A stretch of DNA of 64,000 nt, from assembly GCF_001447785.1 (NCBI RefSeq), contig NW_015164710.1, forward strand, positions 124,281-188,280, in the 5' to 3' direction. Below the pieces are notes generated by a model. It was not told the DNA's origin and searched no databases. It was given only the letters and a program-made list of their open reading frames with translations. Made by a program: the position numbers and the translations under genes. Source of the stretch: Gekko japonicus. Lineage: Eukaryota. This document shows, in pieces, positions 23,163 through 36,423 of the stretch. Position 1 is the stretch's first letter; each line of letters starts with the position of its first letter.

Positions 23163-23350
23163 AGATTCAGGTGGGGTAGCCGCATTGGTCTGAAGCAGCA
23201 GAACAAAGTTTGAGTCCAGCGACTCCCTTAAGACCAACCAAGTTTTATTCAAGGTATAAGCTTTTGCGTGCACGCACACTTCTTCAGATATTTATACCTA
23301 GAATAAAACTTTGTTGGTCGTAAAGGTGCCACTGGACTCAAACTTTGTTC
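23163..23350. mobile_element. Penelope-like inverted terminal fragment
   Basis: Arms GAACAAAGTTTGAGTCCAG / CTGGACTCAAACTTTGTTC; hammerhead-like remnant at 23255-23290 (-). Confidence 0.72.
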
Positions 23351-23889
23351 AGCAAGTCCCATGTTGTTCAGTGGATTTGCTCCCAAAAAAGTGTCTTTAG
23401 GATTGCATCCAGAGGTAGAGGAAAAGAAGAGAATCTTCAGAGAGGTAATCCTGAGGGCAGTGTATCTCAGCAGAATGAATCCCTAACTTTTTTTTTTTTG
23501 TTAAGTCACTAGTTTTCCCGAATTTCTGGCTGCTTAAGGCAGCTCTCTATCTGCTTGTGTTGAGATGATTCATCCCTCATAGTGCACATTTAAAATTTCA
23601 AGATGCTTAAGGCAGGAAATTGAGTAGGTTTTTTTTTTTAAAGCATGTTTATAGAACTTTGATTCCCCATGTGCCCTAATGAGATGGAATGGCAGTGAAG
23701 AACAGGAATCAATATCGCAATGTCTTCCTTCCTGCAGGGCAGGCAGAAGGTTGTCCTCGGAGGAGTATGCTGCATTGCACTTTGGAGCAATTCTGTCTTG
23801 GTGGATGTTTGCCTTTTGTTATTCTTATTGTTGTGTGTTACAGGGCTAGTGCCCTTAAATGCCTTTTTTGGACTGCAAAGATTTGAATA

Positions 23890-25630
23890 ACTATTGGGCA
23901 CAGGCAAATATCCCTTTTATGGGCAAGTTGTTCAAGCGTGGCCAACAACTTGCTTTCTTAAATGATTATATAGACCAGAGAGTGGTGCCTGGGGTACTTC
24001 TGGTGCCTGCCAAGAGTTTTTGGAAGATGGGAAGGGGCAGGTTGGGGGCTTTTCTGACTTGCCAGTGGAGATTTAACCGGCTGTGCAGATTTTCAAAAAT
24101 ATTGCTTGGACAGCAACTGTCACCACAACACAAGGATCTTTACTGTGTGACTGAAGGTATGCTGTGGCAGCCATTTTGTGCCTGCATCCACCACGATGTG
24201 TTAGAACTTCAGAGGTGCCCACAAGGCTCAAAGAGGCTGGGGACCTGATCTGGATACGTTTCAGTTCAGCTTTAGGCTTGGCTTAGTCACCTTGATGGAT
24301 GACCCTTGCCAAGAGACAGATATGGGACAGTGTGATCATGTTGATAAACCTTTTGATGTCTTCAGCTATGATACCTTTCTAGTTTGCTTGGATACTGGGA
24401 ACACTGGTGGTTCCAATCCTATCTTTCCACTTGATGCCAGAAGGTAGTTTTGGGAGATACTTGAAATGCTCAAACCTGTGCTGTGGGGCCTCTCATGGTT
24501 CTATCTTCATGTTCTGAATTGGCATGTGGAAGTGATTTTGGTCTGAATGAGAATAAATAAGCTGAATTTCAGTCCAGTTAAAGCTGGGGTGCTTTTTTTT
24601 TATACTACTGCAGATTACTGAGTCATTATGTTGTAGGCTGGGTGCCATTCCTCTTCAAGGACCAGATTCACAGCCTGAGAATACTTATCCATAAGTTATA
24701 TTTGCTCAGTGGCTTAGGAGCCACCGGTGGCTCTTTGAGATGCCAACATTCCCCATGATCCAGGAGAGTGGGCAAGGCCCTTGTTCAGTGGAGCTTCTGG
24801 TTGGCAGGTGGTCTCCACCTTGAAGGAGCCAACACCCAAGGAATGGGAAAGCTGTGAGCTTCCCTGAGGCCTCATGCCAGGGATGGAAGTAAATGTGGCT
24901 TTTCTGGTTGATGGAAATTGCCATGAACCACAGTCAGATGGTGACACAGTTCTCCTCTGCCTTTGCCCAGCTTTGGTTGGTGAGTCAACTGTGTCCTTTC
25001 CTTATCACATGCAGCCAGCTTTGGTCTTATCTGGATCTGTCTGTTGCAATGTTCTTTACATGGAGCTGACCTTGAAGGCTGTTTGGAAGCTTCAAGTAGT
25101 TCAAAATACATCAGAGAGTCTGCTAACTGGCTATAGCCGTAGGTAGTACTATTATGAGAATCGCACTGGCTGCTCATTTGCTTCCAAGCACAATTCAAAG
25201 TGCTGGTTATTGTCTTTAAAGCCTTGAATGATTTGGAACCACAGTATTGGAACCACAGTATCTGAAGTACCACTCACTCCTGTCACTTTGTGGAGGCCCT
25301 TCTGTGTAAGTATTCCTACTAGAAAGGGATTTGGGTAGCCCTTTTCTGTGGTGGCCCATCATTTAGGCACTTTCTCTCTCTCCACAGCTGTGTGCTTGGT
25401 GCCCTGTCCTACTAGCTTCAGGTGCCAGGTGGACCTGTCCCCCCATCTTTGGTGGAATAGTTTGCTTTTCGTGTGTATGTGTGTGTGTGTGTGTGTGTTT
25501 TGGGGCTTTTCCCTGTTGTTGGACTTTATTGTTGGTCCTAAATAGCAGTTTTATTACTACATCGTGATTTTAATTGCATTTATTGTCTTAGTTTCCCTTT
25601 GGGTCTTTGTGGAGAGCTAAGCTAAGAGTA
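23890..25630 (+). mobile_element. Old L2-clade LINE remnant with nested DNA elements
   Basis: Degenerate LDxFQxxFRxG, DDL...D.G, and LHWL.....QFKVLVIVFKALN-like motifs; boundaries approximate. Confidence 0.6.
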
Positions 25631-26429
25631 AGGGATTAAAATTGTTTTAAGTAAGTAATTAAATAAAGGGGAAACATGTAGAGCACTACCTGCCAGAGGG
25701 AGCAATTGGAAATACATACACAGACATATATACATTTTTTTTCCACTGGGACCCTGCCACAGGGAGATATTTAAATTAGGCATGGATCCTGCTATTTCTG
25801 CTGTTACTGGGGGTTTGGATATAGTTAAACACATTCCAGTTCCTCCTCAGCAAGTTGCTTTCCTTCTGAACAACATTTTACAACAATCAGTGCAACTTTT
25901 GGTATCCTATGTATGAAGACTCATGCAGGGAAGCACTGAACCAGTACTGAAGATTTTCTAATGGGGTGGGAAAATATGCGCTTAAAAGTAGTGCTGAGGC
26001 CAAACAACTCTCTGTCGTATGTTAAACACACCAGAGATTTTCTTCAAATGTAATTAAAAAAATAAAGAAATCTACATATCTAATCCATGCATTAATCACA
26101 TAAATCATAGTAGAAATGCATAACCATTGATAATAAAATCTACAGAAATGAGTTGATTGCATCTAAATGTCACACATGCACAATAGTTTGCATATTTTTA
26201 AAAAAATATAAGTGGTAAGTTAAGATTAACATAAAATTGTATAGCTAATGATTTGTATACAATGAAATGTCTGAAGTCACAACAGGATCCCGAATGTGCG
26301 GGTTTTCTGCTGATTAGTTATGACTCAACAGCATTCATAGATTGCCTCTGCACAGGTGAAAGTTGGTAAATATTTCTGTGTGTAAAGAATATGATCCCAA
26401 ATTATTTGACAGATTTCCTTGATTTATCC

Positions 26430-26573
26430 TGATTTTTTTTTTCATCTTCTGGGCATGAAATGGGTTACTACTCACTAGGTGTGTGTGGGGAGGTATTTGT
26501 GAATTTCCTGCATTGTGCAGGGGGTTGGGCTAGATGACCCTGGAGCTCCCTTCCAACTCTATGGTTCTATGAT
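26430..26573 (+). mobile_element. CR1 LINE 3' end
   Basis: GGGTTGGGCTAGATGACCCTGGAGCTCCCTTCCAACTCTATGGTTCTATGATT terminus; a further small copy at ~60195-60265 (-). Confidence 0.8.
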
Positions 26574-27305
26574 TAATAAAATATTAGTTTATGGCTATAT
26601 GCTTTCATGTCAACAGTGAAAACGAATAACGTGACTACTAATAGGTTAAAGTTTAGATTTATTATGTCATTGCTATCAAATGTGGATAGGACCAAGGAAG
26701 CTGCCAGGGATCGTCAGAAGTTATTAACAATATTAAAAAAAGAGATTCCCCAGAAGACTCCATAATGGAGGCAAGCATTCCTTTGTGTGACATCAGAGCA
26801 TCTGGGTCAAGACACAGAATGGGGGGCTCCCAATCCACGATCATTGCTGTGCATGGCCAGTGCTTGAACTAGAAGCATAACTGTCAGAAGGTACTGTGCT
26901 GTTGGCCTTAATCTTCCCTAGTGCAACTGAGCTAAAAGCTTCCTCCTGAGTCAGAGGAAGGCTCACCTTGTCAGATCTTGTGACTTTTTAAATGATCTAG
27001 ATATAAATCACAAAGAGAGAGGGCAAAAAGGAAGTGATCTCATGCTCCGTAGTTTGTCAAATGGCGGGAACGTACATACAACACATGTGCTCTAGGAGCT
27101 CGTTCAGACTTTGTATCTGTTGTCCAGCTCGTGCATACAGCGGCTTAGGAGAGTGATCTCCTTGTGTGAATAGACAAGGAGTGCTGTGAGTTTTAAAAAA
27201 ATTAAATCACAAACTCACCCTGATAATTCTCTGTGTCAACATGCGGGACATTTTCGCAAGCTAGGGAGAAGATACAGAAACTCTGTGACTGATTTCCCAC
27301 AAGGT

Positions 27306-28042
27306 TGTAAGTTTACTGGTTGGAGATGGTGCAGGTGCCCTATTTCCCACAAGTGTGATGCACAGAGACAACAACAAAAATATAGACCAGTTTCCCACAA
27401 GCTGCTGCTCCGCCCTCGCACTTTGCTTTGCCCTGATTCCATTAGTCAATTTCCCACTATTTGCTGCATGGCCACATTTTGCCCCACAGCTTTGCCTGAT
27501 TTCTCCCCGCATCTACTCGATCCTGTTTTTTGAGGATTGAGTAGACGCTGGGGAAATTGGGCGAAGCTGCGGGGCAAAATGTGGCCGTGCAGCAAATAGT
27601 AGGAAATTGACTAATGTAATTGGGGCAAAATTGGGCCACTATCGTACCATCATGATTAACTGGCCCTGGGAAAGGAGAACGACAGCGCCACGTGGAGCTG
27701 ATAACACTGAGTGGATATACTATCTATGACATGCCATCTTGATGAAAGTCTTCGTTTTAGAACATCTAGAGCACTTAACATGTTGTAATTTTGTAATTAT
27801 GGTTTTTATGGTTTTAACTGTTTTATGTGTTGGCGCATGCCTATTTGTGAGCCGCCCTGAGCCTGCATTGCGGGGAGGGCGGGCTATAAGTTGAAATTAT
27901 AAATAAATAAATAAATAAAAAGGGAAGCGGGAGGGTGGAGCAGCGGCTTGTGGGAAATTGGTCTATACCTTTGTTGTTGTCTCTGTGCATCACACTTGTG
28001 GGAAATAGGGCACCTGCACCAGCTCCAAGTAGTAAACATACA
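27306..28042. repeat. Nested inverted repeats (outer arms 27306-27417 / 27931-28042; inner palindrome 27427-27629)
   Basis: Arms are readable as reverse complements; ORFs 27186(+) and 27884(-) share WCRCPISHKCDAQRQQQ.YRP.SHK. Confidence 0.9.
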
Positions 28043-31000
28043 AGCTGAGCAAGGATTTCCCCTGTGCCATGGGCGAGAACTCCCATCACACATGCCTACA
28101 GGAGTGGGGCACAGATGAGCTTTTGCTTTGGTTGGTGAGCTTACCCCATACCTTCTTCAACTCGTTCTGGGCCTACAGGTTTTTGCTCAGCCTCTTCCAT
28201 CTTGTCCATCTCTTCTCCTCTCTTTCGACTGTCGAAACAAAAAAAAGGATTTTTATTTATTTATTTTATTTATCTTTGAATTTATACCCCGCCCTCCCCG
28301 AAGGCTCAGGGTAGCTCACAAGGGGCACGAATGCTCAAGTTAAAACATTAAAACAGTACAGAATAATATAAAATACAATAAATACAATTCACTAAAATTT
28401 ATTTAACTATAAAAGTTCAAGACTTTTCTCTGAGCTTTGCGATCCATCTCTGCCTCTTCCCCTCTCCCCTCCCCTGAGCGGTCTATGGAAAACCTGTGGG
28501 GCTTTAAATAATAATAAAGATTAGTTTGTTACACTGAATGTGATCGTTAAGGTCGCTTAAAAATTTCAAATCCAGGTATTCTGACTTAGTAAGAAACAAA
28601 ACAAAGAACGCTTTAAGAAACAAGACCAGACTTCAGAGAAAATTGGCATCTCAGTTGCCTCTTCTTTCCCTCAATCGATATCCTTGCTTGGGAGCAGCCG
28701 CCCCACCTTCCGAATCCAAGTCTCCTCCAGTAAGTGTTTCATCATCGCTCCCCTTGTTGCTCTTCTCTTTATTGTAATCATTATATGACCCCCACCTCTT
28801 GGGTTTTTAGTGGTTTATCTTTACTTTCTCCTGTAGTTTATAGTTTTCCTTTCCTTATTTTCTTGTAGTTTTGGAAAATAAAAAAATTTGCAAGAAAAGA
28901 AATGCTGTGGGGTTTTTTTCTTCTTACGTAGGTGAAAAAGCAGGCTGCTTTTGGGCTGAAAAATAACCAGAGGGGAAAGGATGAAGTACCTTTTCTCCAC
29001 CCGTCTTTCCTCCATCCCATCTTGCAGTTTTCCCAGGCTCCAATTGCTTAGGATAGACAGACAGACAGAACTATAGAGAAACTTCCACCTCTTTGAACTC
29101 CAGATACCCTGTAGTTTGAGCCTCAGGATGCTATTTTTCTAAACATGAAAGAGGAACTACTACTTTGTTTAACTTTCATCTAGTAGACCACTTTCATGAG
29201 CAGTGGTAAAAGCGTAGGCTGGCTAGTACAGTGTGTGAATTAGCTCTAAAGGTGTTAAATCCAGAGTGTTGGGGTTTTTCCCCCATCACTACCCATTCAT
29301 ACTCCATTTGCCAGATCCCCGACTAGTTTTTTGTTGGTTTGTTTTGCTTGCATCCTGTCGCAGCCTCCTTACTAAGTGCAGCCTCATGACGGGCAGGCCT
29401 GTAAGAAACAGCCCCGCGACCAAATCTCTGTATGTGCACACAGGTACCCAAAAGTCCACAGCAGCCACTTTGGAAAAGAGCTAGACATGTTTAGGAAAAG
29501 CACGGTTGAGTCTTTTCAGAGTCTCCAGGGTTGGGAACTTGTGGCTGCCTGTTAGAAACGTTCATTAAAAACCAAAGAAATGATAGTTCAGAGGTGTGTG
29601 ATCTATGGGCAGACTCAGGGATGTCCCGTTTGATGCCAGAGTTCTGTCTCTGGTCAGTATTTGGATGCTTTATGTGAAAGTCAATGGGACCGCCAGGGGT
29701 AACTCCTGAGGCGATGTGCCCCTGTTATTCCCTTTCAGCTCTGGCACACAGAGTTTTCCTAAGGGAGAGAGGAGAGGACTGCAGCACCCTGATGTGATCT
29801 AATACCGTCTTTCATTTTCTCATTGGAATTGGCCCTCTTCCCCGTAGACCTGAGAACAATGAGAAAACAGGCCATGCTCAGAGAGAGAGGGGGGGAGAGG
29901 GGGATCTTTTTTCTTCTGCTAGAATCGCTGCCTGCTTTTTGTTTTTATTTTTAGCACGTTGGCACTTGAACTTCCTGACCGTTAAAGAGAGAAGCGTTTG
30001 AAGATGGCAGGCCTTGCAGCTGTACCCTTCCCCGGTGAACTGAACTGGACTTTATATAAAAGCATGAAGGGCCCTTTCTTTCCCTTCCCGAAGTTGGGAA
30101 CTCATCGAAGTCTGTATAGAGGATGGGTTTTGGCTGACACATCTGCTTTTACATACTTTTTTTTTTTAAAGCAGCATCAACAAAAGCCTTGATTCATCAT
30201 GGAGAGTCTTCTCACAAATGTCACCTTCTCTCATGATCTATCTTGACATCTATCTTGACACATTCATGCATTCCTAAGATGTTTTATGTTTTTTACTAAC
30301 GTACTGCGGGGAGCCTTATATCACTTTTCCCCCTTGCAAAGCAGACGTGTTTGGTTGCATTGATCCCTGAAAGCAATTGGCGCTGCAGCTTCTGCCAAAA
30401 TGCATGATGGGAGATCTGTTTCAGTTGTGAAGGATACGGAAAGGTGTTTGCCACGGAACGTTGTTTGACCAAAGCTAGAGAAAATATTTCAGATTCTCAG
30501 GGCCCAAGTCTAAAACTTTTAAGAACATGTTAATTTTTTTTAGGTAACACCTCCATGCAGAACTGAATAATTATTTCAAAATCCTTAGGTACTAGCGTCA
30601 GATTTCTTGGTCCCAAACAGCCAAGTGCATGGGATTCCAACCCCTCCACCTCCCCCGCATTGAGAATTACTTCAGGCTTACTATCCAAACATTGGCTATT
30701 TACTGTTTGGCTGTTTAACAAGTAGCTTAAGGGTTGTTCTGATTCATTATGTTCTCCATTCCTGTAGTGATTACCCAAGAGGCACCCACTTGTGGCCTTA
30801 GGAGTGGCATGGCTAAGAGTGGAGGATAAAAATGTTTATACAAACAAACAATAAATGTGTCAAGGACTCGAATCTGATAGCCTGAGGCCTAGGATGTGTA
30901 CAAGTGTACTGCTGTGAGAGTTCTACTGCCGAATAGGCAGATTGGCTAGTTGCTGTATCATCACGAACCTACTCTTCTTCCTGGGACGATTTAAAAATCG

Positions 31001-31215
31001 TTCTAAAAATTCTACTTTTTTATACAAAGGGAAGGGAATGATATATATGTATCTATTCATTTATCCAGGAGGTTTTTATGCTGCCTGTCAGCAGTCCTGC
31101 TTGAAGCAGCTTAGAAATAAAATAATCATAAATCATTAATATAAACACAAAACCAGCAACACATAAACTAGATTTCAGGCCAGAAGCAGACCATAAAATG
31201 GCTTAAAAAGGTTTT

Positions 31216-32402
31216 TTGTTGTTGTTCAGTTGCACCGTCGAGTCCGACTCTCCGTGACCCCATGGACCAGATCCCGCCAGGCCTTCCTGTCGTCCGCTGT
31301 CCTCTGAAGTTTGCTCAATTTCATGTTTGTTCCATCTATGACACTGTCTAACCATCTCATCCTTTGCTGTCCCCGTCTTCTTTGACCTTCAATCTTTCCC
31401 AGCATCAGGGTCTTCTCCAGGGAGTGCTCCCTTTTCATTGGGTGGCCAAAGTATCTGAGCTTCAGTTTCATTATCTGGCCTTCCAGGGAACAGTCCGGGT
31501 TGATTTCTTTTAGGATTGACTGATTTGATCTTCTTGCAGTCCAAGGGACTCTCAAGAGTCTTCTCCAGCACCATAGTTCAAAAGAATCTATTCTTTGGCA
31601 CTTGGCCTTCCTTATAGTCCAACTCTCGCAGCCATACATGACTACTGGGAATACCATTGCATTGACCATGCGGACTTTTGTTGGCAGGGTGATGTCTCTA
31701 CTTTTTGTCATGCTGTTTAGGTTCACCATCGCTTTCCTCCCAAGGAGCAGGCGTCTTTTAATTTCATGGCTGCTGTCACAGTCTGCGGTGATCTGGGTTC
31801 CCAGGAACGTGAAGTCTGTCACTACTTCCACGACTTCCCCTTCTATTTGCCAAGGAGTGATGGGGCCGGATGCCATGATCTTAGTTTTTTTGATGTTGAG
31901 CTTCAAGCCCACTTTTGCGCTCTCCTCTTTTACCCTGAGCAGGAGGCTCTTTAGGTCCTCTTCACTTTCTGCCATTAGAGTGGTATCGTCTGCATATCTG
32001 AGGTTGTTGATCTTTTCCCCAGCAATCTTAATTCCCGCTTGTGATTCATCCAGGCCAGCATTTCGCATGATGTACTCTGCATATATATTAAATAAGCAAG
32101 GTGACAATATACATCCTTGTTGTACTCCTTTTCCTATGCTGAACCAATCAGTTGTTCCGTATCCGGTTCTAACTGTCGCTTCTTGGCCCTTATACAGGTT
32201 TCTCAAGAGACATGTGAGGTGGTCTGGTACTCCCATCTCTTTAAGGACCTGCCATAGTTTGTCATCTCTTTAAGGACCTGCCATAGTTTGTTGTGATCCA
32301 CACAGTCAAAGGCTTTAGCATAGTCAATGAAGCAGAAGTAGATGTTTTTCTGGTACTCTCTTGCTTTCTCCATAATCCAGCGAATGTTGGCAATTTGATC
32401 CC
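31216..32402 (-). mobile_element. BovB (RTE clade) LINE, 5' truncated
   Basis: 336-aa open RT C-terminal ORF (QGCILSPCLFNIY, LRYADD, YGCESWT) ending at a (CAA)n tail; a 29-bp tandem duplication at 32234-32291 breaks the frame upstream. Confidence 0.97.
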
Positions 32403-32628
32403 CCTAATTTAAAAGCCTGGTAAAAAGAAACTTGTGACCTGGACCATAAAACATACTATAGGCTCTAGGTGAGTTGTTTTTTTGTTTTTTTTGGGGGGGG
32501 GAGCACATTCTGAAGGCAGGGGGCCACCACAACAAATGCTTTGTCTGAATTCGCCATCTGCCTCACCTTTGAAGGTAGAGACACACAGAGAGAAGGGCTT
32601 AGGAGGCAGATCTTAACCAGCAGACTGA

Positions 32629-33037
32629 AGAGTACAGGAGGAGACGATCCTTCAGGCACTCTGGCCCCAAGTTGTTTAGGGCCTTAGAAGTGAGAACGAG
32701 TACTGGATAGCCAGTCCAGATCTTTCAGCACAGGGATGATATGATCCTTTAACCTAGTGTGGACAGTAACTTAACTGGTGCACTTTGTACCAATTGAAGC
32801 TTTTGGACTATTTTCAAAGACAGCCCCATGGAGAGTACAGAAGGAGACGATCCTTCAGGCACTCTGGTGGCCCCAAGTTGTTTAGGGCCTTAAAAGTGAG
32901 AACGAGTACTGGATATCCAGTCCAGATCTTTTAGCACAGGGATGATATGATCCTTTAACCCGGTGTGGACAATAACTTAGCTGGTGCAGTTTGTACCAAT
33001 TGAAGTTTTTGGACTATTTTCAAAGACAGCCCCATGG
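32629..33037 (+). repeat. ~203-bp tandem duplication within an old minus-strand L2-like remnant (~31060-33100)
   Basis: Units begin AGAGTACAG at 32629 and 32832; both end GACAGCCCCATGG. Confidence 0.92.
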
Positions 33038-33446
33038 AGAGAGTGCATTAAAGTAATCTGTTTTGGTTGTGATCAGAGCATGGATCAACGTGGTCACTGG
33101 AAAGGGACTTTGGGAAACCCTCTGGATGCATCATCTTCCTAAGGAGGACCTCCCTCCTGGAGTGGACTACCCTTCTGGAGATTCAGATTGTCCATAAGTC
33201 AGATCTCACCAGCTAGCGGTCTGTCTATGACAAAGGCAGAGTGGAAAATTCACCTTTTACAAAACCATGTCCTTAGAGAAAACCCAATCAAGCATATGAT
33301 GTGCTGTATGTGAAGGTACCAGAATGTTCTGGGAGAGTCCCATGTTTTTCAAGGTATCCATGAAATCCTGAGCCACTCCTTTCAGAGCAGCCTTGGTATG
33401 AACAAGGACAACCAATCTTGGGGTCTTCAGTGCTAATAAAGTTATT

Positions 33447-33865
33447 TTTGTTGTTATTGTTCAGTCGCACAGTCAAGTCCGACTCTTCGCAACCCCATGG
33501 ACCACATTACGCCAGGCCACTTCTGCCATCCTCTGGAGTTTGCTCAATTTCATGTTCGTTGCCTTGATAACACTGTCTAACCATCTCATCCTTTGCCATC
33601 CCCTTCTTCTGTTACCTTCAATCTTTCCCAGCATCAGGGTCTTCTCCAGCGAGTGCTCCCTTCCCATTTGGTGGCCAAAGTATTTGAGCTTCAGCTTCAG
33701 TATCTGTCCTTCCAGGAAACAGTCAAGTTTGATTTCCTTTAGGATTGATTGATTTGATCTCCTTGCAGTTCAAGGTACTCTCAAGAGTCTTCTCCAGCTC
33801 CATAATTCAAACGCATCCATTCTTCGGAGCTTGGCATTCCTTATTGTTCAACTCTCGCATATATA
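33447..33865 (-). mobile_element. BovB LINE 3' fragment (older)
   Basis: REHSLEKTLMLGKIEG.RRRGWQRMRWLD...HGVAKSRT. Confidence 0.92.
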
Positions 33866-34134
33866 AGATATATAGGACAGAATATAATTGTCTGAATTCT
33901 GGGGGTGCTGGGGTTGTTGTTTTCTTCCATTTACACTCTGTAACCAGCTTGGCCGTGGCACCATCTCTGGATATTAGAGAATATATAGTGTATGTGCGAA
34001 TATGCACTGTGAAGTCAGTTACGAGACCCTTAAGTTTCTGCTGGTATTTCAACATGGGCATCATTCAGAGGAGTACTCTGGAAAATGAAATGCATGAGGC
34101 CAGGAAAACCATCTGCTAAAACCTTCCTGCCTTG

Positions 34135-34320
34135 TCTTGGATAGCCCAGGACAGCTCGAAGCTAAGCAGGGTTGGCTCTGGTCAATATTTGTATGGGAGG
34201 CCACCAAGAAATATCAGGGTCACTACGAAGAGGCAGGCAACGGCAAAACTTCTCTGAACATCTCTTGCCCTGAAAACCCTACAGCATTTCTGTCAGTCAG
34301 CTGGACTTGATGGCAAACCC
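34135..34320 (+). mobile_element. 5S rRNA-derived SINE (tail type A)
   Basis: GGATAGCCCAGG..GAAGCTAAGCAGGGT..ATGGGAGGCCACCAAGAAAT..GAGGCAGGCAACGGCAAA..GAAAACCCT. Confidence 0.78.
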
Positions 34321-34721
34321 CCCCCCCAAAAAAAACCCCACCCCCCAAAAAAACCCACACAACTTCCTGGTACTGTACCACATCAGAATGCTAGTGTGGG
34401 TTTGGATGTCCCATGAACCCTTTGCTTCCCTTTCCAGTATATTCCTTCTTTCAGGAAGGAATCCTCATGTTGTTAGTAACTGTTTTCCTGTGATTTACCC
34501 TGTACTCTCAGTGAAAGCAGACAGATCGTTCTCTTGACCTCTAAACCTTTACTGGCATAATCAGTCAGATGTCTGTGTCTTACCTGTAAGAGGCAGGAAC
34601 TAATCTTATTCTGTTTTTGGGAATTGGGATTGCCTTCTTGGCAACTCTGTGTATAGTGATGGTGGCTAAGCTACGTGGAACCCTCGAAGGTGTTCTGTTT
34701 TGGTGTAACCTCATGCCACAT

Positions 34722-35076
34722 GAGCTGCGGTGGCTCAAGTGGTTAAGACACTGAACTGCAGGCTGTGGAAGGTCGGTAGTTCAGCAGTTCGAGACCCGAG
34801 TGTGCCGCATGACGGAGTGAGCTCCCGTCTCTAGTTCCAGCTCCTGCCAACCTAGCAGTTCGAAAGCAAGAAATTGTAAGTAGATAAATAGGGACCACTT
34901 CGGTGGGAAGGTAACAGCGTTCCGTGTGCCTTGGTGTTTAGTCATGCCGGCCACATGACCATGGAAACGTCTTCAGACAGCGCTGGCTCTTCGGCTTTGA
35001 AACGGAGATGAGCACCGCACCCCTAGAGTCGGACTCGACTGGCTTTCGAGCAAGGGAACCATTACCTTTACCTTTA
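34722..35076 (+). mobile_element. Sauria SINE, full length
   Basis: 10-bp TSD CATGCCACAT. Confidence 0.95.
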
Positions 35077-35329
35077 CATGCCACATAATTTGTTCTTTTT
35101 GAACCCTCCCATCTCACATCACCATCACTATTTTTTATTTACTTAGGATATTTACTTTGTTTATACTTCATTTTTCTCCCCAAAGTGGTTTACGGTATTC
35201 TCTCCTTCTCCCAGATGATAGAGGAGCTGCTTTCTCACCCAACCATTTCCCCCTCACAATTTCTTTTCTCCCCCTGGCCACTACTTCCCAGCTTGATCTC
35301 GAGACCAGATTTTGACAAAAGAAGAAGAA

Positions 35330-35522
35330 TATGTGGTCATGTTGCATTTGATGCATGGTGACCCCATTCACAGGGCATTCCGGGCAACAAGAGACAAACA
35401 GAGGTGGTTTGCCACTGACACCCTCTGCATAGCAATTCTGGCCTTCCTTGGTGGTCTTCCAACTAAGCACCGGCTGCGGCCGACCCTGCTTAGCTCCCAA
35501 ACTCTGACTAGCCTGGGCTAAG
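35330..35522 (-). mobile_element. 5S rRNA-derived SINE (tail type A, old)
   Basis: CCTTGGTGGTCTTCCAACTAAGCAC..CCGACCCTGCTTAGCT..AGCCTGGGCTA. Confidence 0.7.
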
Positions 35523-35543
35523 TTGGGCTTTTTGGGCTGTTAT

Positions 35544-35684
35544 NNNNNNNNNNNNNNNNNNNNNNNNNNNNNNNNNNNNNNNNNNNNNNNNNNNNNNNNN
35601 NNNNNNNNNNNNNNNNNNNNNNNNNNNNNNNNNNNNNNNNNNNNNNNNNNNNNNNNNNNNNNNNNNNNNNNNNNNNNNNNNNNN
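35544..35684. other. Assembly gap (141 N)
   Basis: Run of N. Confidence 1.
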
Positions 35685-36098
35685 TTAGGGACTCTGGGGG
35701 AGCAGATATTGAACTCTGATTCCCAGAACTGGCATTTTGAAATGGAAGTTCATTCACCTTCTGGGCACTTAGACTTTGAGCTCCAGTCTGAGGTCTCCTG
35801 CCAGGGCTGTGATTTTAGTATGTGCAGAGCAAATCCAACTTCTGAGGACCCAGAATTCGTTCACTCCCATGTCTGTCTCAAAGTAAAATCCAGAAAACCA
35901 GACCACAATCCACATACTATCTTTTATGAGGACCAGTGAAATTCTGCATAGCGGTATGCGAAATTTCAAGTTCTCCAGAACTCTCTTTTAAACCATGGTA
36001 AAATAATTCAGGGGTAACATCTAGCCCGATAAAGAGCTTTAGTGAGCAAAAGCTCATACACTATTGTGCACCATTTGGTTGTGCCTAATAAAAGGTGG

Positions 36099-36409
36099 TG
36101 GCTGTGGTGGCTCAGAGGTTAAGACGCTGAGCTGCAGACCGGAAGGGCGGTAGTTCGGCAGTGCTGCGGGATTGAGTGAGCTCCCGTCTCTGGCCCCAGT
36201 TCCTGCCAACCTAGCAGTTCGAAAGCAAGATGAATAGGTACCGCTTTGGTGGGAAGATAACAGTGTTCCATGTGCCTCAGCCACATGACCGTGCCGGCCA
36301 CATGACCATGGAAACGTCTTCAGACAGTGCTGGCTGGGAAATGGAGATGAGCACCGCCCCCTAGAGTCGGATTCGACTGGCTTTCGAGCAAGGAAAACCT
36401 TTGCCTTTA
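36099..36409 (+). mobile_element. Sauria SINE, older subfamily
   Basis: 14-bp TSD CTAATAAAAGGTGG (36085-36098, 36410-36423). Confidence 0.92.
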
Positions 36410-36423
36410 CTAATAAAAGGTGG

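Noticed and set aside
31602-32273. 223-aa + strand ORF
   Set aside because: Antisense shadow of the BovB RT frame.
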